Assembly (NCBI RefSeq): GCF_009914755.1
Contig: NC_060938.1
Length of the DNA stretch: 64,000 nucleotides
Origin: the human T2T-CHM13v2.0 reference genome, Homo sapiens
Strand: one strand, 5' to 3'
This document shows, piece by piece, positions 27,973 to 41,108 of the stretch. The notes under the pieces were generated by a model, which was given only the letters and a program-made list of their open reading frames with translations, was not told the origin of the DNA and did no database searches. The position numbers were made by a program, and so were the translations under genes. Every line of letters begins with the position of its first letter. Position 1 is the first letter of the stretch.

Positions 27973-28368
27973 CCAACTGCTTTCTTTGTTCCTATAATCA
28001 CTGGAGAATATCACATGACCTGAAGATTGATGCCTCCCCAACTGTAGGGTTCCCTTGTCATCTGGAAACACAGTGACTTTTGACAATCCTGCTATGACTT
28101 CCTGGTCCTGTCTTCCATTCTTCCAGGTGGTATTTGCAACCTTCATGCCACTTTTCTTAAGTTCCCTCTTTACTCTCAGCATATAATATTGCCTTCTATT
28201 TCACGGAGTAAATAGCGATTATCAGAAGGATATCTGTCAACACCCAGCTCCCCACCTTCAAATCTATTTACCTTCACACATCCTGTCTCAGAGAATTAGA
28301 GATACCTCCCCTGCTAGAATGTCTTTCTCTACTGACCTTGTTGGCTCATGCTTCCTGAGAGGTCTTGA

Positions 28369-28732
<364 letters not shown>

Positions 28733-28792
28733 TTAAGTCCATCACATCTTAAATAAACAAACAAACAAAAACAACAACAACAAAATGACCTC

Positions 28793-29261
28793 TGTAATGA
28801 GTTGGATAGTGGCCCTAAAAAGATACGTCCAAGTCCTAACTCTTGGTATCTGTGAATGTGAGCTTATTTGGAAACAGGGTCTTTGCAGATGTAATTATGT
28901 TAAGAATCTCAAAATGAGATCATCCTGGATTAAACTGGGCCCTAAATTTGATGCTGGGTATTCTTATAGAAGCCAAAAAATGAGAAGATACTCAAAGAAA
29001 CACAGAGGAGAAGGCCATGTGAAGATGCAGGCAGAGCTGGAATTATGGTGTCACTAGCTAGAGTGCCAAGGATTGCCAGAAGTCACCCAAAGCAGGAGGG
29101 GCATGGGATGGTTTCTCTTTCAAAAAGTCCAGAAGGAACCAACCCTGAAGACATCTTAGTTTTGGACTCTGGTTCCCAGAACTGTGAGAGAATGAACTTC
29201 AGTTGTTTTAAGCCATGTGATTTGTGGTAACCTGTTACAACAGTCCTAGGAAATGAGTACA
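28793..29261 (+). mobile_element. MLT1B/C MaLR solo LTR
   Basis: 'tgtgaatgtgagcttatttggaaacagggtctttgcagatgtaatt', 'cagaactgtgagagaatgaacttcagttgttttaagcca', TG...CA termini. Confidence 0.9.
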
Positions 29262-30595
29262 TCCCCCATTCCACAAGCCTCTTTACTTATTAATGATTTT
29301 GTTCTGTTTAATTCCCTTCCATGAACAGAATCTATACTCACTATACTGTCTCCCAACCTAGCTATAACACTGAAGGTGCCCCTCAAAGTCATTATCTTTC
29401 AACTGCCATGTCTAATGAGAACTCCCATTCCTTACCTCCCTGAGCTCTCTGCTGTGTTCCACACTGCTGACTCCTCACAGCTGTCTTCTCCTTTGGTCCC
29501 CAGGATACTCCCTCCCCTGGGCTACCACCTACCTCTTTGGTTACTCCTTCAAGATCCCTTCAGTGGATTCCCTTCCTTCTTGTCTTAATTGCAGCATACC
29601 CAAGCTTCTTCCTTGACCCTCTTCTCCAAGGCATTTTGACTTCATCTCCTACATGTATCTCACATCAAATCTTTACTCCCCATCACTGCAATCATGCAGT
29701 CAGAAGGGGATGGTGCGTAGAAAGGCAAATACTTACAAATCTCTCTGAGCTTCAGCTTCCTCCTCTATGCTATTAATATAACAAGACCACCAACCTATAG
29801 GGTTGCACCAAGAAATGAATGAGCTATCACATGAGAAATATGTAGTACAGCAACTACTCAGTGCATATTCAACATGTATTAGTTCTTCCCACTTTCATCT
29901 CCTTAGTTCAAGGGTTCACTCATTCATTCACTCTTAAAATATTGAGCACTACCATGAACAAGCCAGATTCAATAAAGATACATTCAAGCCACAGGGTGGG
30001 GGTGAGGAGATGGCCTTGTCATTACCCCCATTTTATTGATTAGAATGGAAGCCCAAGAACATGCAGAACTAACCCTAGGCTGAAGGAGTCAGTTTAAATT
30101 TTTCCCCAGCTTTATTGAAGTATGATTGACAAATAAAAATTGTTTATATTTAAGGTGTACAATGTGATGATTTGATACAGGTATATATTGTGAAATAATT
30201 ACCAAAATCAAGTTAATTAACATATTCTTCACCTCACATAGTTACTTTTTGTTATTGTTTTAGTGAGAACACTTAAGATCTAATCTCTTAGCAAATTTCA
30301 AGTATGCCATACATTATTAACTATAGTTTCCATGCTGTACATTAGATCTCCAGAATGTATTCACCTTATAACTGAAAGTTTGTATGCTTTGACCAGCATT
30401 TATCCTCCCCCCAATACTAATCCCTGCTAGTCACTATTCTACTCTGTTTTTATGAGTTCAACTTTTTAAGATTCCACATATAAGTGAGATCATGCAGTAT
30501 GTGTCTTTCTGTGCCTGGCTTATCTCACTTAGCCAAATGTCCTCTAGGTTCATCTATGTTGTTGCAAATGGTAGAATTTCCTCCTTTTCTTCTTT

Positions 30596-31100
30596 AAGGC
30601 TGGATAATATTCTTTATATATAATATATATATAATATTACATATATTACATATTCTTATATATAAGATATAGATAATATAATATATAATATATAAGAATA
30701 TATAAGAATTCTTATATATCATATTATTACATATTACATATTCTTATATATAAAGAATATTATCCAGCCTTTTAAAAAAAGAAGGAATTATATATCTCTC
30801 TCTATATATACACACACATATATGTAAGAATAAACATATTCTTATATATATAAAGAATATTATCCAGGCTTTAAAAAAAAGAAGGAATTATATATATATA
30901 TATACACATATATATAATAATAAACATATTCCTATATATATAAGAATAAACATATTCCTATATATAAGAATAAACATATTCTTATATATATGAAGAATAT
31001 TATCCAGTCTTTTAAAAGAAAGGAATGTATATGTGTATACATATATATATATATATATATATATATGTATACATACACACATACAAACACACACACATAC
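30596..31100. repeat. TA-rich complex repeat containing inverted and re-duplicated L1 sequence
   Basis: 28-bp perfect inverted repeat at 30596-30623 / 30744-30771, with further copies near 30842 and 30982. Confidence 0.92.
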
Positions 31101-34099
31101 CACATTTTTTATATCCATTCATCCATCAACAGGCACGTAGCTTGTTATCTTGGCTATTGTGAATAATGTTGCAATGAACATGGAAGTACAGATATCTCTT
31201 TGAGATACTGAGTTCCTTTCTTTTGATATACACCCAGAAGTGGGATTTCTGGATACCATGGTAGTTCTATTTTGAATATTTTGGGAACCTCTATACTGTT
31301 TTCAGTAATGGTTGTACCAATTTATATTCTACCAACAGTGGCTTTGTTGTAAGTCGAGCTGGCCTTGTAAAATGAGTTTGGAGTTACTTTCTCCTCTTTA
31401 ATTCAGACTGTTATACTCATTCAGTCTCCTTAATTTGATCGTACTTCTTATTGATCTGTTCAGATTTTCTATTTCTTCATATTGCAGTCTTAGTAGGCTG
31501 TAAATTTTTAGGAATTTATCCACTTTTTTTGTAGTTTATCAATTTGTTGGCATATAATTGTTTATAGTAGTCTCTTATGATTCTTTGCATCTCTGTGATA
31601 TCAGTTGTAATGTCTTCTCTTTAATTTTTGATTTTGAGTCATCTCTTATTTTTCTTAGTCTAGCTAATGGCTTCTCAATTTTGTTTATCTTTTCAAAAAA
31701 CTAACTTTGAGCTTCAATGATCTTTTCTATTGTTTTTTCATCTCTTGTTCATTTATTTCTGCTTTGATCATTGTTATTTCATAGCTCCTACTACTTTTGC
31801 CCTTAATTTGCTTTTCTTTTTCTAGTTCCATGAGACATGAAGTTAATTTGTTTAATTGAGATATTTCTTTTTCTTAATGTAGGCATTTATTGCTATAAAA
31901 TTCCCTCTTAGAACTGCTTTTGCTGCATTCCATAAGTTTTGGTGTGATGTGTTTTTATTCTTGTTTGTCTCAAGATATTTTTTGATTTCCCTTTTTATTC
32001 CTTGACTCATTGGTTGTTCAGGACTGTGTTAATTCCCACATTATTTGTGAATTTTCTGGTTTTCCTCCTGTTAATGACAGGTAGTTTCATACCGCTGTGG
32101 TTGGAAAAGATATGTGACATTATTTCAATTTTCTTAAATTTGTTAAGACTTGTTTTGTGGCATAATATATAATCTATCTGGAGAATGTTTTGTGTGTGCT
32201 TGAGAAGAATGTGTATTTTGCTGCTGTTTGATAGAATGTTCTGTACTTGTCTGTTAGGTCTAATTGGTTTAAACTGTAGCTCAAGTCTAATGTTTCCTTG
32301 TTGATTCTTTTTCTGGATGATCTATCCATTGTTGCAAGTGGAGTACTGAAGTCCCCTATGATTATTGTATTGCTATCTATCTATGCTTTCATATTTGTCA
32401 ATATTTACTTTATGTATTTAGATGCTCTACTGTTGGCTGAGTATATATTTCAAGTGTTATGTTCTTTTGAGGAATTGACTTCTTTATTATTAGATATAAT
32501 GACCTTTGTCTCTTGTTATAGATTTTGGCTAACAGTCTATTTTGCCTGTATAAGGATAGCCATCCCTGCTGTGTTTTGGTTTCCATTTGCGTGTTATAAC
32601 TTTTCCATCCCTTCACTTTCAGCTTATTGTGTCCTTAAAGCTAAAGTGAATTTCTTGTAGGTAGCACATGGTTGGGTCTTATTTTATAGTTTTTTTAAAT
32701 CCGTTCAGCCACTTTACATTCTTTTACTGGAAAATTTAGCCCATTTACATTTAAAGTAATTATTGATAGGAAAGAACTTACTACTGCCATTTTGTTGTTT
32801 TCTGACTATACTTCCTTTGTTCCTTTTTACATCTTGTGCTGTCTTCCTTTGTGATTTGATTATTTTCTAGAGTGGTATGTGTTGATTTCTTTATCTTTCT
32901 CTTTTGTTTATCTACTGCAGGTTTTTGCTTTGTGGTTACCATTGGGCTTATACAAAACATCTTATAGTTATAACCATATCAGTCATTTTAAGTTGATGGC
33001 AACTTAATTTCTATCACATACAAAAACTCTACACTTTAACTTCTCTACACAAACAGTTTAAGTTTTTAATGTCACAATTTATTTCTTTTTTATTGTGTAT
33101 CCATAACAAATAATTGTAGTTATAATAATTGCAGTTATAGTTACTTTTATCACTTTTGTCTTTTAACCATTATACTAGAGTTAAAAGTAAGTTATGCATC
33201 ACCATTACAGTATTGGAGTATTCTGAATTTGACTATATATTTACCTTTAGCAGTGAGTCTTATACTTTCATATGTTTTCATGTTACTAATTAACATCCTT
33301 TTATTTAATCTTGAAGAACTCCTTTTAGCATTTCTGGTAAGACAGATCGGGTGGTGATGAAATCCTTTGGCTTTCACCTGAGAAAGTCTTCATTTCTCCT
33401 TCGTTTCTAAAGAATAGCTTTGTCAGGTAAGAGTCTTGGTTGGCAGCTCTTTCTTTCAGCATTTTGACTACATCATCCCACTCTCCCCTGGCCTGCAAGG
33501 TTTCTGTTGAGAAATCTGCTAAAAGTCTAATGAGGGTTCCCTTGTATTTGACAAATCTCTTTACTTTTGTAGTATTCAAAATCCTCTGCCTTTGATTTTT
33601 AATACTTTGATTCTAATGTGTGCTGGTAAAGTCCTCTTTGGGTTGAAGCTGTTTTGGAATTTTTGGGCCTCCCATACCTGGATATCCACATCTTGCCCAA
33701 TATTTGGGAAGTTATTAGTCATTATTTCTTTAAATAAACTTCTACTGCTTTCTCCATCTTCTCCCCTTTTGAGGCTCTTATCATCTGCATATTATTTCTC
33801 TTGATGGTGCCCCATAAATCCTGTAAACTTTCTTTTCTTGTTTTCTTTGGGGTCAGTGACTGGAAAATTATTGTGTTCTCTTGGTAGTGTCATATTCCCT
33901 TGGATTGTTGTGTTTCTTGAAGCCTGGTATTGCTATCTTTGCATTTGAAGATGCAGTCACCTCCTCAAGTATTTAATAACTGAATTTAGGAAAGAAACAC
34001 CCTCACCAGTCAGCCCAGCTAGGGATTCTGAGGCTTTCTCAGACCTTCTCTATGGATGTACCTGTTCCATCTCTCTTGTTACTTCATGTTAGGGGGAGT

Positions 34100-34446
34100 T
34101 CATTCTCAGTAAACTATCGCAAGAACAAAAAACCAAACACCGCATATTCTCACTCATAGGTGGGAACTGAACAATGAGATCACATGGACACAGGAAGGGG
34201 AATATCACACTCTGGGGACTGTGGTGGGGTTGGGGGAGGGGGGAGGGATAGCATTGGGAGATATACCTAATGCTAGATGACGAGTTAGTGGGTGCAGCGC
34301 ACCAGCATGGCACATGTATACATATGTAACTAACCTGCACAATGTGCACATGTACCCTAAAACTTAAAGTATAATAAAAAAATATAAATAAATAAAAAAA
34401 TAAAAAATAAAAAAAATAAAAATAAAAATAAAAAATAAAAAAAAAA
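34100..34446 (+). mobile_element. Young L1 (L1PA2-type) 3' fragment nested in the older L1
   Basis: Near-consensus 3' UTR with 'gctagatgacGAGttagtgggtgcagcgc' (not the Ta ACA or pre-Ta ACG), 'aacttaaagtataat', and an (AAAAAT)n tail. Confidence 0.93.
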
Positions 34447-37400
34447 GATTGCATGCCTTCCCTTGATCCTGCAAAGCCATGTCAGGTGCTGAGAGTTTTT
34501 CATAGGTTTTCTCTAGGGTGGTGCCCTGATATGGTCAAGACGATGTGCCTTATTTCAATCCTGCAGAGTTGAACTAGCTGATTATGTGTGCTTGCAAGTC
34601 ATCTGCAAATGCTCTTACTATCTTGGGGTGGGGGTGGTGGGGGGGCGGAGGAGGAATTTGTGGGGAGCCAGCTACAGGGTTGGGGTGGGGAGTGAGGCAT
34701 GTGGAGCATTAGGGGCACCAGTGGGCCAGTTGTAGGTGGTCCACAGGTGAGGTGTACCAAGTGACTCATCAGCAAGCCCCCTGATAGATTCCATGAAGCA
34801 GTTAGTACCATGCATGGCCCTTTGTTGAGTTTTGAGCCCTGATTACTGTGAGTTTCCACCTGTCTTCCTTGGTCTCAGCCTCTCCCAGCTACTCAGTGTT
34901 GCTGATATCCTCAGTATTCTGGTGGGGGGCAAGAAAGAGGTTGGCCTCCTTGGCAGCATCCCACATAGCTGGGAGAGCCAGGCACTCACTCAGTATGCTC
35001 TCGCTTTCTTCTATGGGAGGATTCATAGACCAACAGGGTCTCTTTTGGCACTGAGCTGTGCCACCTTGGGAAAGGGGGACATGGGTAAAATGAAACTATT
35101 CTTATCCTCTTCAATGTGTCTATTCTCTAGATAGATTTTTTGCTCTAACAGTGTGTTGAAGCTTCTCTACTGAGAAAACAAAGTATACTTGTCTGTAAGT
35201 GGTGTTCAAAATCAGTGCACTATGGAGAGATATGGTAGAAAATTCCTGTCCTGCCATCTTGCTGATGTCACTCACCTGGAGTCAGTGTGAATTAATGCAA
35301 ATCAGGAACTACATTCTGTGTTCTGTACCCGACTTCCCACCCCAAGAGCCTTCAGTCAATGAGGCACACTGCCCAAACTTGTATTGCATTTCTGAGATGA
35401 ATAATTTTTTTCAACTAATTAAAATATGACAGAAAATTTAAGGGCTTGGACATTCTTTTCCCATTTTGTGTTGAAAGTGTCTGTACCAACAAAATGATTA
35501 CCCAGGTCGTCAGGTATTTTACTGATGAAAGTTATTAGTTCTAAGCAAAGGAGCACAGGCACCATAGATGACTTCTTAATGGCAGATTTGAGGAATGTTT
35601 CGATCAAGCTGTGGCTTGAGGCATTTTCCAGCACATAATTCAATTGACACATTTGATCTCCATTGACTATTAGCACAAGAAATCCTGTTTTACATCAGGC
35701 TTGCTATGCAAGAATTCAATAGTTCCTGATAAAAACTTACACATTCATGCAGTCTGGATGATCCATATGCTACCAGAACATTGGCTGTTTTTTTTTCTTT
35801 ATTCTCTAGCTGGAGATATTTGAGAGTTAGCTCTTCTGTAGCACTGATTCAATTTGGTAGTGGCCTGAGACCTCTTCTAAGCAGCACATAGTCTTTTCTA
35901 GAGCTGACCTCACCCGCCCCAGTGAGATTTAAGGCTAACCATAATCTCTCTCAGGGTTTGAGAGAGCTGGGCTATAAATGATCTCAGTTAAGAGCAGTAA
36001 CCTTAGGTGTCCCTAGATTAGAGCACATCTCTTCCTTTTAGAAACAGAGCTCTATGCTAAGACCAACCAGACAACTTCTAGGAGACAAGAGTGGGAGTAG
36101 CTTAAGTAAAAGGCCAAACTGGATTGGTTAGGCTTTGTATCTCTCTTCCCTCCACCAAAGAGAAGGAGAGGTAGGAATGGAAACACTGTGTGAGTCTTAC
36201 CATGTGTCAGACACTTGCTATCTTACTCCATGAGTCAGCTACCAGGATTCCCATTTTACAAATAAGGAGAACCCAGGATTGTGTACGCTTACCATACTAT
36301 ATATATTTGGCAGTTTGTTTTTAAAAATATTTAATGTAGGGAGCAAAGAATTGCAACATTAGAACTGGTAGCTAAAATAAATTTTTAGATATTGTGTGAA
36401 TGTAACCTATCCTTATTGTCCCTGATTCCCATATGTAAGGATAGATTAATTAGTTGTTCTACCAGAGGGGTGGTAGCCAGGGGAAGACAGTCCAACATCA
36501 TGTCATAATGTGTTTCTGTACCCTCATAGAGGACAAAATTGGCCAAAGTACAGTCAGTCCTCCTACTGGAATGGGTCAGGGAAATCCATGTGAGGCCTGA
36601 CTGTTTCTCTCTGGCACACAGGTGGATGCTTGTGAATGGGGCAAAGTGAACCACATGCTCTTCAACTGCTTCATCTTTTCCCCATAGAATTCTGATTCTA
36701 TTTGGATCTTGGGTTTGACAACAAAACCACACTAAACCAAACCAACTAGCAAACAAACAAAAAGCATGTTTGATGAATTCATTGCCATGCATTTAATAGT
36801 CTAACGCATCCCTCTGCCACTCACCCTGGGAGCAACCTCACTGTACCTGACTTTCTGCATGTGAATAGTAGAGATGTATATATTTTCTCTCATCTACCCT
36901 GGAGGGATGGAGAGAGGATTATTGAGACAACAGCCATAAAGCTATTTGAGCTTCTTACCAGAAGGTGCTACTGAAATACAAATTATTATTAGCATGATCA
37001 TTGTCATGTGGTTTAAAACTACAATATGAAAAGTGGGTTATACAGATCAGTGTGTCAGCATCCTGCATAATGTAAGCTCAATTTCAGTTGGTTGTCTTTG
37101 CATGCTTAGGCACCATATTAAAGCATTCTTTTGATGAAAGCACATTCAGGGGGCCAGATGTAGTCACCTTGCAAGAAGAATAATGACGGTGCAAGAACAG
37201 ACATGCACAGGTAACACCTGTGGAAAATTGATGTTTGAGCTCTCATTTCTGTAATGTGTATTTATATTACTAAGTCCCACCATGGTTAAGTTGGGGGACT
37301 CTTACAAGTCAAGTGCTTAATGTACAGATCATGTGACCTGAGACCAGCTGGAAACAGATACTGAAATCTTGCTTTGGTAAGTGAAGCATTTTGATAGAAA

Positions 37401-37494
37401 CAAAAAATATGGTATCACTGAACATTATTTCTTGGGGACAAATGTGATATTCCTAGTCAGATCCTGCCCATGGGTTTGATCCTTGGGAAGCACC

Positions 37495-37690
37495 CTAGTG
37501 TATAAGCAAGAGCGTGGGCTCTGGAATCAGAAACGCCTGGATTTATTTATTAGCTATGGGACCTTGGGCACCTTGGTTTCCACCTATAAAATGGGGACAA
37601 TAAAACCTACCTCAAAGGTTGTTGTGAAGATCACATAATGTAATGTGTGTAAAGGACCCTGCACCAGAGTAGGCACTCATTAAAGGTTAT
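37495..37690 (+). mobile_element. MIR
   Basis: 'agagcgtgggctctggaatcaga...tataaaatggggacaataaaacctacctcaaaggttgttgtgaagat'. Confidence 0.85.
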
Positions 37691-37859
37691 TCCTGTTCCC
37701 TGCTGTTTGGCATGTTTCAAGCCTCTATACTGTTCTTCAAATATAATTGATATGCTGGCATTTTTAAAAAACATTTGAATATTTGAATCTAAATGCTGAG
37801 CAACTCAGAGGTGACTTTCTATAGAGAGCTTACTAAAAACATATTCTGCAATATTTCTG

Positions 37860-38480
37860 CAATTAGGACAGGCCCATTTAGAACAGGCCAATTAGAACAG
37901 CTCCATTTGACAACTAGTCAGGAGATTTGCTGCTAAATGAATTCCAGAATATTCCTAATTTGTGTCTAAATTCCCAGCGATGTTATTTTGCAGGCAGAGC
38001 TTAAATCCATAGAGTTTAATCCTCCCAACTCTTTGCAAGGCTCTTCCTTTGAGTCCTGAAATCACTCTAATTTTTTTTCTCTTGAAGCAAAGAGGTCCTG
38101 TGCAATTAACTGCTGCCTTTATTTGATTAAATGTCCCCGCGTTGTAAAATGTCTTTTAAGGACCATCTAAGAAAGAAGACCAAAAAATATGGCATGAAAA
38201 TGGGGGTGGGGTGGGGAAAATCTGAAAGAGTTTGGCGTATGGCACTGCAACCCAGGCCCCAGCCTCTGTACAGGAAATGTTCCCGGCCCAGCCTCGGGAG
38301 AGGCCACGGTCTTTCACAGCAATTAGAGCTGATAGAGGTGAGGCCCCTCACCTCTCTGGCAATTATGAGCCTGTGGTAATAAAATAAACACACACAGCCA
38401 CTGTCCTCCATATGATTTTTCTCGCTTGAGGGTTGCAGAAGCAACACTGAGAGCCTTGATAATAAAAGTCACAGTGTCAG
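37860..38480. promoter_or_regulatory. Candidate homeodomain-rich enhancer
   Basis: Unique sequence with five CAATTA sites (37860, 37889, 38103, 38320, 38360) and GTAATAAAA. Motif evidence only. Confidence 0.4.
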
Positions 38481-41108
38481 GCAGGGACTGGGGTGGTGCT
38501 CTTTAACATTTTTGCAGTGGCCCTGGGTGAGCTGGATTCACACATAATGCCAGGCACCTGCTCTCAGGTGCTTGAAAGACTTTTGCATTAGTTGGCAAGA
38601 GTAGCGGAGAGGAGGAAAAGAGGGAAGAGGCCATTGAGATAGAGTCGGTAAAATGGCTCTTGAAATATACTCTACTCAGAATATCTTGAGAAGCCATGAA
38701 AACTAAGGTGAAGTGGGGAAGCAGTAATTTATACCAAACCTGGCTGGGGGTCCTCATTTATTATATTACCTCAGAACTGTCATCTTTAATTTTCCTTTTA
38801 TTTGCAAAAGGACCAATGTCATTTTTGAAAAGAATTACAAAATAGAATGAAATGCCAATGGTTTTAAAGCATACTTAGCATGCTAGCTCTAGAATTTAAT
38901 TTCTGGGCACTTTTAAAAAGGATAGCCTTGCTTAAAGACTTTCAAAATTAATGTTGAAATTAACATTAATTTAGAAAAGATGAAAAGAGTGAATATATAC
39001 AGCCCATTTTATATTAAACACAATTCATTTTATTCAAAAAAACTGTATAAATGTTAATAAAATGGATACAAATGTTGTGTACAAAATAATACTGAGTAAA
39101 TATTGCTTTCTAGAAACTTTCTAACTGAAATATAATAAGAAGTCTTTAAAAATTATTACTTCTTCCTTTGATACAGAAACATGTCCAGCCAATATAAATA
39201 ACTAAGATGGAGAGGTGCTTTGGTCTCATGCTATTTTTAACACCTAAATTCCCTGTTTGGGTTTTTTTCATGCAAGTACAAATAGTTTCTGTGACTAGTT
39301 CTTTGCAAGCATGCTTGTTTTAATCAGATGCTTGTGCAAAGTATAAACTCAGCTGTATCAAACCAAGGTGAAATACGGTATAGACACTCAGAGTAATTTG
39401 TTTGATGTGGACGCTAAGCAACTATAAACACTAACATAAAGCACATTGCTCTCCGTACTTTGCAAGGAAAAGGCTAGCATTTCAGGAGTACTCTGTTTAT
39501 TTCTCAAGAAATGGAAGGAATAAAATGGCCACTTTTTAAAGTCTGGACACATTTACAGCATTGCTTTATTTTCTTAAACCATAACAGCATCCATTCATCA
39601 CTGGAGAGTAACAAAGCAGTAACCTGATAGACGACAAATACTATGAGCTTAATGGCTGATGTCCATTACGGATGGGTCTTGCTCACTCTTTGGAGGAGAT
39701 TGGCACTGAAGGATTACTGAGCAAACAGAGCACCTGAAAAAACTTGCACTCCACAGTCTGTCATCAGGGCTCTGATCGAAGGCATTACCTGAGAACGGCG
39801 GCTGTTATCTGAAGCTGCAAACCGCTGCCACTGCCAACAATTCTCAACAAAGAGTGGCGATCATGAAAGGCTGAGCCACCGAGGCAGGTGGCTGGGTACG
39901 CCATTTCTCCATAGCCCACCCCCTTTACGGATCACCTGAGCCCAAGCACCAGGCCGCCCTTTAATTGTGGAAAACCACAGCAACTGAGGACAGGCATCCT
40001 AGATCTGTGTGTGTTGAAAAACAAAAAGGCTCCAAATATTATTCTCTTGTTTAGCACTTAAACGGCATCTTTGATTTCACAACCAGCTAAGGCATGTGTC
40101 TGTACACATGTTTACGGTTCTGGTGGAAATCTTTGGATTCTGATGATATTGAAAGTCTGTGCTTTGCTGTTATCTATCTGTCTTCTCCTTCCTAAAAGAA
40201 CCTCATCTTCCAGGGAACTAAACTTGTCTTACTGGTTTGGCCCTCATGAAAAGTAAGTCACCGTTTTCTCTCTAGTTATTTTACTCACCTAGAAAAGATC
40301 AGTTTTCCAACTGTCAGGGTTTATGGCTTACGAGACTTGTCAAATTTACAAATTCCTGGTGAAAACAGGATTTTTGTAGATTTGGTTTTATTCATTTTTA
40401 CTGTGTCTGCAACTAAATATCTGCAGATTTCCCAGAAAAAAACATATTTACTAATGTCTCCTTGTTGTTTTTGTATTTTATTTCAATTATGCATTAACAT
40501 TTGACCATAACATTGTCCACTTAATTTCATTTATAAGCTGATGGTAAAATACATACAAATATTAACTTGACGACAGAAATAAATAACTTTTCAGGGAGTT
40601 GAATTATTTGGAGTTAATACTGACATTGCATTACTACGATAATTTCTCATAAATAAGTGCAGTGAAATGAACAGGAGGAGTCATTTGACATTTGAAGTTC
40701 TGCTATGGAGGCTCTGGTTTTCCTTAAAGTATTTCATAGATTTTTGGGGAGGAGAAAATAAAAACTGGTATCTTCAGGGAAAAAAAAAGGAAAAGGATTA
40801 GAATGAAGAAAGAACTTGCCATTTCTTTCTAAGAAAACCATTGGTAGTTTGATAAACATATATATTTAAAGTGGTGATTATGCTTTCATTTTGTTATCAC
40901 CTTTCTCTCCTGAAATCAATTCTGTCAATCTTCCTCAAAGAAAACAGGCAGCATTCACTACATCCTATGCCTATCTTTTAGCACAAACATGTTTGTAGGC
41001 AAGGTAGGATAAAAATAAAATGTTTAAGAAAAATATAAAAACCTAAAACATAAGGAGGAAAAAAGCTTTTCATCCTGCCTATATAAAAACTCATCTTCTT
41101 ACTGTAAT

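Larger units (their letters stand above)
30101..35277 (-). mobile_element. L1MA-type (L1MA8/9-like) element retaining both ends but internally deleted
   Basis: 3' UTR at 30101-30600, endonuclease remnant (ORF 32410-32616 'MKGWK'), ORF1 C-terminal remnant (ORF 33325-33579 'IRLLADFSTETLQARGEWD'), 5' end 'gccatcttgctgatgtcactc'. 16-bp TSD with 2 mismatches at 30085-30100 and 35278-35293. Confidence 0.88.

Noticed and set aside
32298-33804. ORFs resembling L1 endonuclease and ORF1p
   Set aside because: Frameshifted fragments of a dead L1, reported as part of the mobile element.
37860-37914. Periodic 15-bp units as a CRISPR-like array
   Set aside because: No spacers, degenerate units, eukaryotic context and no cas genes.
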